From the NCBI GenBank assembly GCA_963835065.1, contig CAWIEK010000053.1, forward strand, positions 32,001 to 96,000: a stretch of DNA of 64,000 nucleotides, given 5' to 3'. Shown piece after piece: positions 9,438 through 20,420 of this stretch (position 1 is its first letter; each line of letters starts with the position of its first letter). The stretch is from an uncultured Chthonomonadaceae bacterium. Lineage in GTDB: Bacteria > Armatimonadota > Chthonomonadetes > Chthonomonadales > Chthonomonadaceae. The translations under genes and the position numbers were made by a program. Below the pieces are notes generated by a model. That model saw nothing but the letters and a program-made list of their open reading frames with translations. It ran no database searches and was not told the DNA's origin.

Positions 9438-9567
9438 AAGGATGAAGGATGAAGGATGAAGGATGAAAACTCCTTTTCCTTCATGTTTTGTGCGAGCGCG
9501 TAAGTCTTGAATGACGTGTGGAGAAGCAGGCATTGCCTTCATCCTTCATCCTTCATCCTTCATCCTT
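9438..9567. repeat. Inverted pair of heptamer arrays (AAGGATG x4 / CATCCTT x4) around a ~70-bp spacer
   Basis: 9438-9465 and 9540-9567 are reverse complements. Confidence 0.92.
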
Positions 9568-9579
9568 TCAGGAGTTTCC

Positions 9580-10446
9580 ATGCGCGCGCAAAAAGCGCCA
9601 CACGCCCGGCGGTATTGGGCGGCTTTGCTGTTTTTGATGACGGGAACCCTGGCGGGCGCGTGGCACAATCGCGCGACTGACCGGGGCAAACCGGATGCCG
9701 TCAGCGGCGCGGTACGCATGGGCGTGGCTCCCCCGGCGCGGGCGGCGGGCGGCGTATCGCGCTGGTTCGGCGATCAGGCGGGATGGCTGCTGCATGGCCG
9801 CTCGCTAGAAGCGGAAAACCGGAGACTGCGAACGCGCGTGGAAGAACTGGAAGGGCAGACGGCGGAACTGGCGGAAGCGCAGCGCGAAAACGAGCAATTG
9901 CGCGCGGATTTGAAGTTTGTGCAGGTTCAAAAACATGACCTGCTGGCGGCGGATGTGATTGCGCGGCGAGCCGACCCGAATTTTGATACCATTCTGATTT
10001 CGCGCGGCAGCCGGGATGGCGTACACGTCAACAGCATCGTCCGAACGCGCAACGGACTTGTCGGCAAGGTGTCGGAAGTGTCCCTGACAACCGCAACCGT
10101 GATTTTGCTGACCGACCCCAACGGCGGCGTGGGCGCGCGGGTGCAGCGCCCGGCTTCCAATGCGGTTGGCGTATGCAAGGGCGATTATTCCCCCCTCCTT
10201 CCCCTGCTCGATCTGGCCGGTGACGCCGACATCAAGCCAGGCGATGTTGTTGTCACGTCCGGTTTCAGCACGGTTGTTCCCGGCGGAGCGAAAAACAACC
10301 CCAACATTCTGCAAACCTACCCCAAAGGCATTCCCATCGGCGTGGTTGTTTCGGTAAAAGGAGAAGAAGGCAGTATCAGCAAAGTCGCCGTCATTCGACC
10401 GGGCGTGGATTTCGACCGCCTGGAAACGGTATTTGTGCTGCCATGA
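9580..10446 (+). CDS. mreC: Rod shape-determining protein MreC
   Basis: N-terminal TM segment, coiled coil ENRRLR...ENEQLR, GLVGKV, GDVVVTSG, YPKGIPIGVV. Follows mreB. Confidence 0.93.
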   Translation: MRAQKAPHARRYWAALLFLMTGTLAGAWHNRATDRGKPDAVSGAVRMGVAPPARAAGGVSRWFGDQAGWLLHGRSLEAENRRLRTRVEELEGQTAELAEAQRENEQLRADLKFVQVQKHDLLAADVIARRADPNFDTILISRGSRDGVHVNSIVRTRNGLVGKVSEVSLTTATVILLTDPNGGVGARVQRPASNAVGVCKGDYSPLLPLLDLAGDADIKPGDVVVTSGFSTVVPGGAKNNPNILQTYPKGIPIGVVVSVKGEEGSISKVAVIRPGVDFDRLETVFVLP

Positions 10447-10946
10447 CGCCTGCCGCCCGACGCGCGCTTGGCCTGGGAGTGGCCGTGCTGCTGGCCGCGA
10501 TTGCGCAATCCGTTTGGGCTAATGCGGCGCGTATACACGGCGCACAGCCCGATTTCCTGACCGCGACGGCGATTGTCTGCGCCCTGTTTTGTGACGCCAA
10601 TGGCGGCGCGGGCGTGGGGTTGGTTTCCGGCCTGCTCCTCGCGTCGCTTGCCGCGCCCCCGCATGGCGGCTTTGGCAGCCTGATTGTGAGCCGCGTCCTG
10701 GTTGGATTTGGCGCGGGGTGGCTGGAAGAGCGCATTGAGCGCGACAATCCCCTGCTTGCCATCGGCCTGGTCACAGCCGGAACCGCGCTGGCCGAGTGCC
10801 TGTTCTTTTTGTTCGCGCCCCAACACTACATCAGCCATTGGGCGCGCAACATGCTGCTGACCACGCTGTACAACGCCGCGCTCGCCCTGCCCCTGTATTT
10901 TATTGTACGCTGGCTGGCGGGAGGGAGAGCGAAGGATGAAGGATAA
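10443..10946 (+). CDS. mreD: Rod shape-determining protein MreD
   Basis: Hydrophobic, QPDFL motif, ATGA overlap with mreC. Confidence 0.85.
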   Translation: MTPAARRALGLGVAVLLAAIAQSVWANAARIHGAQPDFLTATAIVCALFCDANGGAGVGLVSGLLLASLAAPPHGGFGSLIVSRVLVGFGAGWLEERIERDNPLLAIGLVTAGTALAECLFFLFAPQHYISHWARNMLLTTLYNAALALPLYFIVRWLAGGRAKDEG

Positions 10947-11020
10947 TAGCGCAAGTTTACCAAGTTTATGGAATCATAACACTTTGTACTCATGTCTGGC
11001 GCGAACGAAAGAGAATAACG

Positions 11021-12256
11021 GTGTACATAGACCGATTGACAGTGGAAAATTTTCGATGTTTTGAGCAAGTCGAGATGGATTTCAATTGGCCTGACTGGCA
11101 TGGTTGGGCGGATTGGGCAAGCAAGACAGAACTACGCCTGCCCAACATAAATCTGCTCATCGGAAACAATGGAACAGGTAAGACAACTACATTTCAGGCG
11201 CTTGTCATAAGCGCGTTGCGAGTAATTTTAGGCACAAATTCTTCCGGCTTTCGGACGGACCGAATCATACGCCATACTCAGGAAACTGCTGATGTAAGCG
11301 CCAGAATAATGCGCTCGGAAATGGACAAGGGCGATGAGCCGGACAAAAGTGACATTCTCCCCGCCCTGAGTGGAGTCAAGGCAAATGCGACAATCAAACG
11401 CCAACAGAGTACGGAATTTATAGAAATGCGCGGGTCTACGCCCAAATGGGCCGACATTTTATATGATGACAAACATCCCGGTCTATTCATTGCTGCTTAC
11501 GGCGCAGGCCGTAGAACCGAGCGCCCGGAGGCTTACAATGAACGTTTACGCGCGGTTCGTTATCAACGGGTCGCTTCTCTCTTTGAGGCGCATGTTGGCT
11601 TAATTCCAGCCTCCAGAGCCTTTACACAATGCCGCGCGCATGAAAGGTGGGAAGAAGTTATCTTCCTTATAAACGAGTTGCTGCCTCTCCCTGTTCGTTT
11701 AACGGAGAAACTTGAAGATGACATTGAGCCTTTGTTCGATTACGGTGGCATACCTCTTCCGGCGAGCTACTTATCGGATGGCTATCGCTTGTTTGTTAGT
11801 TGGGTGATTGATTTGCTCACACACTTAGCGCTTGTCCTGCCCAAAAGGTACAGACTCAATGAAGCCACAGGAATAGTCATTGTTGATGAGGTTGATCTGT
11901 TCCTTGCGCCTCGGTGGCAGCGAACAGTGCTGGAATCTCTTTCGCGTACCTTTCCTGGCTTGCAATGGCTATGCAGTACACACAGCCCCCTCGTCGCCGG
12001 TTCACTTGACAATGACAACATTTATATCCTGGAACAAGACTCTTCCTATACCTCCTATGTGCGCCGTCCAACAAGCAAATTCGAGGGTAGAAGCGTGGAC
12101 GAAGTTCTAATAGAATTGTTTGATGTACAACAGCCGCGTTCGCCGCAGCTACAGCGGCAACTCAGTGACCTGGCGGAACAAGCCATGAATGGCGATTTAG
12201 ATGCTTCTTTACTCTATCTGCGCCGTCTCAATGAAGGGTCCAGACCGCTCCGATGA
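11021..12256 (+). CDS. AAA_15/AAA_21-type ABC ATPase (PtuA/Septu-like)
   Basis: MYIDRLTVENFRCFE, GNNGTGKTT, AYGAGR, LSDGYR, IVDEVD, STHSP. GC visibly lower than the flanks. Confidence 0.85.
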   Translation: MYIDRLTVENFRCFEQVEMDFNWPDWHGWADWASKTELRLPNINLLIGNNGTGKTTTFQALVISALRVILGTNSSGFRTDRIIRHTQETADVSARIMRSEMDKGDEPDKSDILPALSGVKANATIKRQQSTEFIEMRGSTPKWADILYDDKHPGLFIAAYGAGRRTERPEAYNERLRAVRYQRVASLFEAHVGLIPASRAFTQCRAHERWEEVIFLINELLPLPVRLTEKLEDDIEPLFDYGGIPLPASYLSDGYRLFVSWVIDLLTHLALVLPKRYRLNEATGIVIVDEVDLFLAPRWQRTVLESLSRTFPGLQWLCSTHSPLVAGSLDNDNIYILEQDSSYTSYVRRPTSKFEGRSVDEVLIELFDVQQPRSPQLQRQLSDLAEQAMNGDLDASLLYLRRLNEGSRPLR

Positions 12257-13182
12257 TTCAATACCCTCTTGCTTTGCGAGAATTATCCCGTATTGTCAGC
12301 CGCAGGTTGCCAACAACACTCAATCAAGATGGTAAACCTCGCAAAAATGGCCGTGTCGCCTGGCGTATTCAGGCACGACAACAGACACAGCAGTTGCGAA
12401 GCCAAAGAACTTATAATCTTGATAAAGACTATGAAATTTGGCCGGAACTGAAGGATATATTTGCGGGCATACAGGGCGACAAGTGCGCTTTCTGTGAAAA
12501 GAGACTTCCTGATCATAGGAGTGGTCGCGTTGGTGGTGATATTGAGCATTACAGGCCGAAGAACGGCGTAGTGGCATGGCCTACCACGCACCCTATACCT
12601 GTGGGAAAGTCGGACACAGACTGCTACTATTTGCTTGCGTTCCATCTTCGCAATTATCTGCTTTCTTGCGGCATTTGCAATCAGGACTACAAACGTAACT
12701 ATTTTCCCATTGCAGGGCAGCGCTGCCCTGCACATTCCTGCCGTCCTCGTGATCTGCTTGCTGAACGCCCTTATCTTCTACATCCGCTGGATCCCAATGA
12801 TGAAGACCCGGAAGAATTAATTGAGTTTATAGGAATAGTCCCTGTGCCAAGAACTGCGAAGAATACGCCTTCTTATTGGCGGGCTGTAGTAACAATAGAA
12901 CTGCTTGGACTGACTGGCGGCAATCGCTTCGACTTAGATTTAGAGCGCGCAACAACAATTGTTTGTCTAAGCTTGGCACTAAAACTTCAAGCCAGCAAAG
13001 GAAACGATCCAGACGTCGTATTTACACTCAACGGATTAACAAACGACTCTCTGCCACATCGCAATTGCGCTCGTAGCTTCAAAAGACTGTATGATAGTGA
13101 TCCCATCCTGGCTGCGCATGTCGCCCGGGAAGCCCTAAAAATTGTAGATGACGATCAGCGTCGCAGACGTCGGGTAAATTGA
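12253..13182 (+). CDS. HNH endonuclease (PtuB-like)
   Basis: KCAFCE, DIEHYRPK, NYLLSCGICN, KRNYFP, LLHPLD..DPEE. ATGA-coupled to the ATPase. Confidence 0.85.
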   Translation: MIQYPLALRELSRIVSRRLPTTLNQDGKPRKNGRVAWRIQARQQTQQLRSQRTYNLDKDYEIWPELKDIFAGIQGDKCAFCEKRLPDHRSGRVGGDIEHYRPKNGVVAWPTTHPIPVGKSDTDCYYLLAFHLRNYLLSCGICNQDYKRNYFPIAGQRCPAHSCRPRDLLAERPYLLHPLDPNDEDPEELIEFIGIVPVPRTAKNTPSYWRAVVTIELLGLTGGNRFDLDLERATTIVCLSLALKLQASKGNDPDVVFTLNGLTNDSLPHRNCARSFKRLYDSDPILAAHVAREALKIVDDDQRRRRRVN

Positions 13183-13188
13183 AATACT

Positions 13189-14521
13189 ATGAACGATACG
13201 GAAGCATTGAAGAATTATGTGCGGGCGGAAGATGGGGCGCTGCAATGGACGCTGCGCGGCGCGTCCCAACATGTGTACGCCACTATTTATGAGTTCGCGC
13301 TGACTTCGCAAATCTGGCAGGGACGCGCCTGGACGCACCGCCTGCAATTGTTCGTGCCGCATACGCCCCATGCGACGAAGCCTGACTCCGACATGCCTAT
13401 GGTGGTAAATTCGGCGGCGGACGCGGTTTTGCTGTACATCACCACGCAGGGCGGCAGCGCGGAAACCGAATTGGGCGTACAGGCGTGCGCGGCAACGGGC
13501 ATCGCCTGCGCTTTTTTGTACGATGTGCCCAACCAGCCGCTGTTTGAGGGCTTGATGGAAGATGCGCTGATTGCCCATACGTTTGTTCGCTATCTGGAAA
13601 CGGAGGACGCGACATGGCCCCTGCTGTTCCCGATGGTGAAAAGCGTAACGCGGGCAATGGACGCTTTGCAGGCGTTCAGCAGGGAAGCGTCCAACGCCAA
13701 AACGGTTCCCAATACGGCAAACGCAACCGTGCAGAATACTGCTCTTGTTCCCTTCACGCGCTTCCTGATTACGGGAGCCTCCAAACGGGGCTGGACCTCG
13801 TGGCTGACGGCTGTTGCCGAAGCGGAAACCGGGCGCGTGGCGGCGATTGCGCCGATGGTCTATGACAATCTCAACCTCCTGGCGCAGATGCCGCACCAAC
13901 GGGAAGTTACGGGCGGGTACAGCGCGTCCATCCACGATTATACCGAGCTGGACTTGCAGGCGCGCATGGCAACGCCCGAAGGCGCGCAATTGGCGCAAAT
14001 GGTGGACCCGTATACTTACCTTGACCGCCTGACGCTGCCCAAATTGATTATCAACGGCGCGAACGACTCCGTACTGGATGACCGATGCGCTCAATCTCTA
14101 CTGGCCCGCCCTGCCCGCGCCCAAGCACGTTTTGTACGCGCCGAACACGGGCCACTTTTTGGGCGATACCGCCCGCGTGTATGCCACGCTCGTCGCCTTC
14201 GTGCGCGCGGTTGTGGCCGACGACGCCCTGCCCGCGCCCGTTCTGAACGTGACGGCGACGGAGAGTTTTGTTACCATCAACGCCGGAAACATAACCGAAG
14301 ATGTGCGTCTTTGGGTTGCTTATTCCGCTTCCCGCGATTTTCGGGGCGCGTTCTGGAAATCGCCAACACATACGCCACGTGGCAAAGGGGAGGTATGGAC
14401 AACGACGGTTCGCAAACCTTCCGATGGTTTCATGGCGCTATTCGGCGAATTCGGCTTTGTGTATGACGGCTTGCCGTACACGCTTTCCACGCCAATAAAT
14501 ATTTTTTCCGATGCAGCTTAA
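13189..14521 (+). CDS. PhoPQ-activated PqaA-family hydrolase (frameshift near 14070)
   Basis: LTSQIWQG, DVPNQP, WPLLFPMVKS, GASKRGWTSW, VDPYTY, INGAND / WMTDALNLYW, PNTGH. Confidence 0.85.
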
Positions 14522-14626
14522 AATGCGCAAAAATACAGAGGAAAGCGCCGGTCAACATGCGAATATACCTGCGAAGTAGTAGACACAAGAGAGTAGACAC
14601 AAATTCAAAACAGGAGAAAACCCACT

Positions 14627-15097
14627 ATGTCGAACACGATGCAGGAATTCCTTGCCACCGCCACGCAAAAACAGGCGGAGAACTTGATTGCCGCGTACCT
14701 GCGCCTGCCCGAAGACAAGCGCGGCTGGAAGCCCGACGAGAAAGCCCGCTCCGCGTCCAACCAGTTCGCGGAGTGCGCGCTGCTCGCAGGCTACACCGCC
14801 GCGCTGCTCGAAACGCGCCAGATGCCGGCGGACGACAACATGATGGCAACGTTTTTCCGCGATATGGCCGCAACTGAAGCCCTGCCCTGGGATGAGCTTC
14901 ACGCGCGCCTGCTGGAAAACACGCAGAAAGTCGCCGCCGCCATTCGCGCCATGCCCGATGACGCGCTTGCCATCGAAATCCACATGCCCTGGGGCGTACA
15001 AACACTGGGGGCAATTCTGGCGTATCCCAACTGGAACATGACGTACCACGAAGGCCAGATCAATTACATCGCTTCGATGCTGGGCTGTCTGCCATAA
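14627..15097 (+). CDS. DinB-family protein
   Basis: WKPDEKARSA...WNMTYHEGQINYI. AGGAG RBS. Confidence 0.8.
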   Translation: MSNTMQEFLATATQKQAENLIAAYLRLPEDKRGWKPDEKARSASNQFAECALLAGYTAALLETRQMPADDNMMATFFRDMAATEALPWDELHARLLENTQKVAAAIRAMPDDALAIEIHMPWGVQTLGAILAYPNWNMTYHEGQINYIASMLGCLP

Positions 15098-15104
15098 ATT
15101 GGGC

Positions 15105-15222
15105 GTTCAGGTGTTCAGGTGTTCGGGTATTCAGGTGTTGAACTCATAGCTTTGCTGCGATGAACCAACCGTCTGTACTTTTGTATTTCCTGAATACCGA
15201 ACACCTGAACACCTGAATACCG
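15105..15222. repeat. Inverted pair of octamer arrays (GTTCAGGT type)
   Basis: Left arm 15105-15140, right arm 15189-15222 (CCTGAATACCGAACACCTGAACACCTGAATACCG). Confidence 0.88.
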
Positions 15223-15264
15223 ATTCAATGCCAACATCACAAGGAAGTGATTCAGGAAAATTAT

Positions 15265-16458
15265 ATGCCAATCATTGACGTGCCTATTCCGCAGATGGGC
15301 GAGGGTTTGCAGGAAGTCATTATCCAGAAGTTTTTGAAGCAGCCGGGCGATTTTGTCCGGCGGGATGAACTGCTGTATAATATGGAGACGGACAAAGCCG
15401 TCATGGAAGTGGAGTCGCCGCATGAGGGCGTTTTGCAGGCGTGGTTAGGCGAAGAGGGCGCGGTCATGCCCATCGGCGCGGCGATTGCCCGCATGGAAGT
15501 GACGGAAGCCGAAACAAACGCCGACGCCGCTATGCTGCCGACGCATATTTTCCCGGCTTCGGAGCAGCCTGCCGTTCGGAATGGGGCCGACCTGGTGATT
15601 CCGCCCCGCACCCGCGCCTATTGCCGTGAAAAGAGCATTGAAGAAGACGAAATGCGGCAAATTCCTGCCGTCACCGGCAAACTGCTGCCGTCCGATGTAG
15701 ACGCTTACCTGGCGAAGCGCGAAGCCGGGGAAGCGCAAACCGAAACCGAAGCCGTAAGCGAACCTGTACTCCCTTATGCCGAACGTTCGCTTACGGCGCA
15801 GCAGCGGACATTCATCTATCGCATCAAGCGCAGCGCGCAAATCGTCGTGCCCGCCACCGCCAAACGCTCCATCGAGTGGGGCAGCCTGCGCCAATTGGCC
15901 GAGCGCCTGCGCGGACAGAACCCGAATTTGCAGCCGTCCTCGTTCCAGATTTTCGCGTTTTGCGTGGCGCAGGTGATTAAGGCGCATCCCAAGTTTCGCT
16001 CTACGCTTGTCGGCGAAACGGTTCAGCGCGAGTACGAGCATGTGAATTTAGGGATTGCGGTAGGGCTGCCGCACGGCGAATTAACGATCGCTACCGTGCC
16101 GGATGCGGATACCCTAGATTTCACAGCCTTCGTGCAGACCGCGCAGGCCAACATCCACCGGGCGCGCGAGGGCGAGGATCAGGCCAGCGATACCACGCAG
16201 TTCTTGCTCACCTACATGGGACCGTATGAACTCACGGACGCCATCCCCGTGCTTGTCGCGCCCGCCGTCGCTGTCTTATTTATCGGTTCCACGTTCGAGC
16301 AGGGCGGCGAAACGGTTGCCAACCTCGCGCTCACGTTCGACCACCGCTTGATACAGGGCATCGAAGCGGCGGAATTTTTACGCGCCATCGTGCAGCAGTG
16401 CCGGAGTGTAGAAGAGTTGATACGCGGTGAGGGGGAAAGCGAAAAAACCGTATCCTGA
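15265..16458 (+). CDS. 2-oxoacid dehydrogenase E2-like acyltransferase (lipoyl domain plus catalytic domain)
   Basis: METDKAVMEVESP lipoyl motif, VNLGIAV, LTFDHRLIQG. Confidence 0.85.
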   Translation: MPIIDVPIPQMGEGLQEVIIQKFLKQPGDFVRRDELLYNMETDKAVMEVESPHEGVLQAWLGEEGAVMPIGAAIARMEVTEAETNADAAMLPTHIFPASEQPAVRNGADLVIPPRTRAYCREKSIEEDEMRQIPAVTGKLLPSDVDAYLAKREAGEAQTETEAVSEPVLPYAERSLTAQQRTFIYRIKRSAQIVVPATAKRSIEWGSLRQLAERLRGQNPNLQPSSFQIFAFCVAQVIKAHPKFRSTLVGETVQREYEHVNLGIAVGLPHGELTIATVPDADTLDFTAFVQTAQANIHRAREGEDQASDTTQFLLTYMGPYELTDAIPVLVAPAVAVLFIGSTFEQGGETVANLALTFDHRLIQGIEAAEFLRAIVQQCRSVEELIRGEGESEKTVS

Positions 16459-16564
16459 CGTATATTTACCGCAGGAACAGATTGGACAGACACGCTTGCC
16501 ATTGCTTTGATGCCCGTTAATCCGCGTTCTCCCTCCACAAAATAGCGTTTTGGTTTCGGCTTTC

Positions 16565-17161
16565 TTACACCGGCGGAAACAAGTCGGCAACGCGAATGGC
16601 GGTTTCAGGACGGTCAGCAATGAAAACTATTGCTTCCGGGTCATGCATGGTCACATCTGCGTAACCGTCCGGTGTGGGCGAGCGGTGAATATGAATTTGG
16701 CGTTCCGCAATGTCCATAACCCAGTATTCGCGGATGCCGACGCGGGCGTAAAGCAGGGCTTTCGTTGTCAGATCGAAACGGCGCGTGATATCCGACACTT
16801 CCACGACAAGCAACAGATCAGCGGGGCCGGGATGCGCGTTGATATAGGCGGTTGTCGGTTCGAGAGTGACGGCAACATCGGGTTCCGGTTCCGTCGTTTC
16901 GCCTTCTTCGCCGGGAATGGCAATCGGGTCTTCTGTTTGCACACGGAGAGCGCCAAAAAGGGCATTGAGCCACTCCGCCAGTAATCTGATAACAATACGA
17001 TGCGGCGGTTTCTGTCCCATTTTGGAAATAATCTCCCCGTCAATCAGTTCGTAGCGCCCGACAAGTTCCCCGATTTCGACGAGGCGTTCGCATTGCTGGC
17101 GCGTCCAGCGTCTGCGGTTAGGAAAGATTTCGTTGTCAGGGGCGATCAGCGCGCTTGTCAT
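16565..17161 (-). CDS. Uma2/DUF820 endonuclease-fold protein
   Basis: RYELIDGEI, EPEPDVAV, LVVEVSD, KALLYARVGIREYWV. Confidence 0.92.
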   Translation of the reverse strand: MTSALIAPDNEIFPNRRRWTRQQCERLVEIGELVGRYELIDGEIISKMGQKPPHRIVIRLLAEWLNALFGALRVQTEDPIAIPGEEGETTEPEPDVAVTLEPTTAYINAHPGPADLLLVVEVSDITRRFDLTTKALLYARVGIREYWVMDIAERQIHIHRSPTPDGYADVTMHDPEAIVFIADRPETAIRVADLFPPV

Positions 17162-17395
17162 ACCGTTCCTTTCGGCTTTGTGTCACAGCATTACGCATAG
17201 CAACAAACGTTACCTGCATGGAAGCAAGTGGGCGATGCCCTCCCATAGTTCGGGTGCTTCCAGCGCATCGGCCAAATTTCTAACCCATGTTTCGATTCGC
17301 TTATCTGCCACCATGATACATCTATTATAGCGCAGATTCGCTGACAAGAGCGGGCTTTTGTCGTTTTATTATTTCGTTTCGTGTATACTGATATC

Positions 17396-20300
17396 ATGTT
17401 GAACTCTCTGATTGCCGCCAAAGTCCATGCCTGGTTTCAGCGCGAAGATTGCCCCGTTCGGCAGATCATTACGCACATCGAAACGGCGCGATTTTTTCGG
17501 GACGCGCAGATCGAAGCAATCAAGACGTATCTGTTTTTGAAAATCGAAGGCGGCAACCGTCCGCTGTGGCAGTTGTTTGCCGAAGGCTTTTTCAGTTCGC
17601 GGGAAGATTTGTCGCGCCTGGCGCTGCGTCAGGATACGCGCGAACTGCTGGAAACCGATACGGCGGCGCGGGCGCTGTTTGAGTTTACACGCCTCAAAGC
17701 CAATGGCGCGGCGAAAACCCTGCTGCCGGAACTGGAAAGGTTTCTGCTCGACCATGTCGCCGAAGTGGATTGCCCCGCCGTCATCAAGCAGTTATTCTAC
17801 GGCGTGGAGTACCCGGATTACCTGTTCAGCCTGCCGATGGGCGCGGGCAAAACGTTTCTGATGGCGGCGTTTATCTATCTGGATTTGTACTTCGCGCAGA
17901 ATGAACCTGCCAACAAAGCCTTTGCGCATAATTTTCTGCTGCTCGTCCCTTCCGGCCTCAAATCGTCCATTATTCCCAGTTTGAAAACCATTGAAAAGTT
18001 CGATCCGGCCTGGGTACTGCCTGAACCGGCGGCTTCCAATGTTCGCAAATTAATTAAATTCGAGATTCTGGATCAGCCCAAATCCGGCAGCAAAAGCAAC
18101 CGGGCGCGTAACCCCAACGCGCAGAAAATCAGCCGCTATCAGCCGTTCGACGCTCTGATGGGCCTGGTGATGGTGACGAACGCGGAAAAGGTGGTGCTGG
18201 ATCAGGCCAAGTTCGACGCGCAGATGCGCCTTGTGGAGCCGACCGAAGACGAAAAAGACAAAGCCGCCAACGAATTGCGCAACCTGATCGGCAAAGTGCC
18301 CAACCTGCAAATCCTGATTGACGAAGTGCATCACGCGGCAACCGATGAAATCAAACTGCGGCAGGTAGTCAACCAATGGCAAAAAGGCAACGCCAAAAAC
18401 CCAACACCTGAACACCGAACACCGAACACCGGCAACATTAACGGCGTTCTCGGCTTTTCCGGCACACCCTACCTGTCCTCACCCGAAGAAGTGACTATTG
18501 CGCCGAAAATGGCGGTGAAGTTCGCGCAGATTACGAACACGGTTTTTTATTATCCGCTTACCCGCGCTATTGCCGGGTTTTTGAAGAAGCCGACCGTGCG
18601 GACGATCAGCGAATTGGAAGGCAGCCGGATTGTGCGGCATGGCGTGGCGGATTTTCTGGCCCAATACGGCGACAAGGTGTACGCTAATGATGCGACCGCC
18701 AAACTTGCCATTTACTGCGGCAGCATCGAACGCCTGGAAGAAGAGGTTTATCCCCTGCTCATCGGCGAAATGGGAATTGCGCCCGCGGACATTCTGAAAT
18801 ACCATCGAGGCAACGCCAAATACAGGATTTCACCCGCAGACGGAGGCCGGGTGGAAGTATTTGGATACCCCCTGTCGCGCAAGCGGATCATCCTGCTGGT
18901 GCAGATCGGCAAGGAGGGCTGGGATTGCCGGAGCCTGACGGGGGTAATCCTGTCGCAAAAAGGGGATTGCCCCACGAATATGGTGCTGCAAACAAGTTGC
19001 CGATGCCTGCGCGAAATGGACGGCGACAGGGCGGGCGCTAAGGAAACGGCGGGAATCTGGCTCAATGCCGACAACGCCAAAAGCCTGGACAAGCAGCTCA
19101 AAGAAGAACAGCACACGAGCATTGAAGAGATCAACCGATTGGGCAACAGCGATGCGGTTCCCCTGCGCCCCCGCTACAATCGCATGGACGCGCTGAAACT
19201 GCCGCCCGTAGAGTTTTATCAACTGCGCGTCCGCTATGAAAACCTGACGCTGGAACCCGCGCAGCCGCAGGAGGCCCTTCGCTCGGTAGATGCCGCCCGG
19301 TTTCGCGCCAACGCCGCCAGTGTTACCCGCAGCCTGACCGCAAGCGAAGCCGACAGCCGGTGGTTCCACAAACAGGAACAGGGCGAGATTGCCGACTTTT
19401 CCGCCTGGCTCCTGCAAATCGCCAAAAGCAGCCTGGGCGCAATTTCCCTCGCCGCCCTGCGCCCCCACGCCCTGAGTTACGCGCCATCTTCGACGCGATC
19501 ACGTATATCGAGGGAAAAGGAAAAAGGGAAAAGGGAAAAGAACAGAATACGGAAGAAGAGGATGCTCTATCAACTATCAACTATCAACTATCAACTCCTG
19601 CATCCTTCTTTAACGCCCTCTACGACCTGGACGCTATTGCCGCCGAGATACGGCTGGCGTTTTATGCGCGACGGACATTGAACTCTGCGAGCGAGATCGT
19701 TCCCGATACCGCTCGCCTGCTGATTGCGGAAAAACTGATGGCGATTGCCGCCGATAAGAAGAACGTATATCCGGGCGAAAGCGACGTAGAGCAGATGCGG
19801 GAAATGGACGCGGCGGGACAGACCGCGTTTCAGTACGCCGAGGAGCAGCGCGCCAAATTGGAACAGGTGCGGGAAATGGCGAAAGCGGCCAATCTGGACA
19901 TCAACCTGTTTGCCCTGCGCGACAATGCTGTTTCTGCCGCCGCGCAGAATAAAGACCGCTCGTTCCATTATGCGCCGTACAGCTTCGACAGCAGTTTTGA
20001 AATGAAGTTTTTGCAGGAAGCGCTTACCCTGCAAGCCCTGCGCGACGGGCAGTTGGAATTGTACTTTAACGGCGCGGGCGAACTGACGGAGTTTCGCATC
20101 GAATGTTACGCGCCCCGGCCCGGCGGCTGGAACAAAGTGGGCAAGTACACGCCCGACTTTCTGCTGGTAGAGCGCAAAAACGGAGCCATTCACCGCGCCC
20201 TTATTATCGAAACCAAAGGCAGCGGGTATGCCGACCAGAAAGCGTTTCTCGCCCGCCGCGATTTCGTGCAGTCCCACTTTCTGCAAATGAACAATGACAA

Positions 20301-20420
20301 ATTCGGCTACGCGCGTTTCGAGTACCTGTACCTGTAGCGACGCCGACGAGATACCAGCCAACCTCCGCAAATTGTGCGATGCGGCGGCAGAAATTCTTCA
20401 CGGACAAACCCATCCATGCC
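17396..20420 (+). CDS. res: Type III-like restriction subunit (SF2 helicase plus PD-(D/E)XK nuclease); several frameshifts, 3' end approximate
   Basis: LPMGAGKT, IDEVHH, FSGTP, GKEGWDC, then YTPDFLLVE...IIETKG in the shifted frame. Confidence 0.85.

Noticed and set aside
10947..11020. Retron msr-msd upstream of the ATPase/HNH pair
   Set aside because: Only 74 bp, with no a1/a2 inverted repeats and no RT nearby.
17210..17314. 34-aa ORF (MVADKRIETW...) behind a TATAAT upstream of the Uma2 gene
   Set aside because: Too short to assign. It may be a cassette remnant, but there is no supportable family call.
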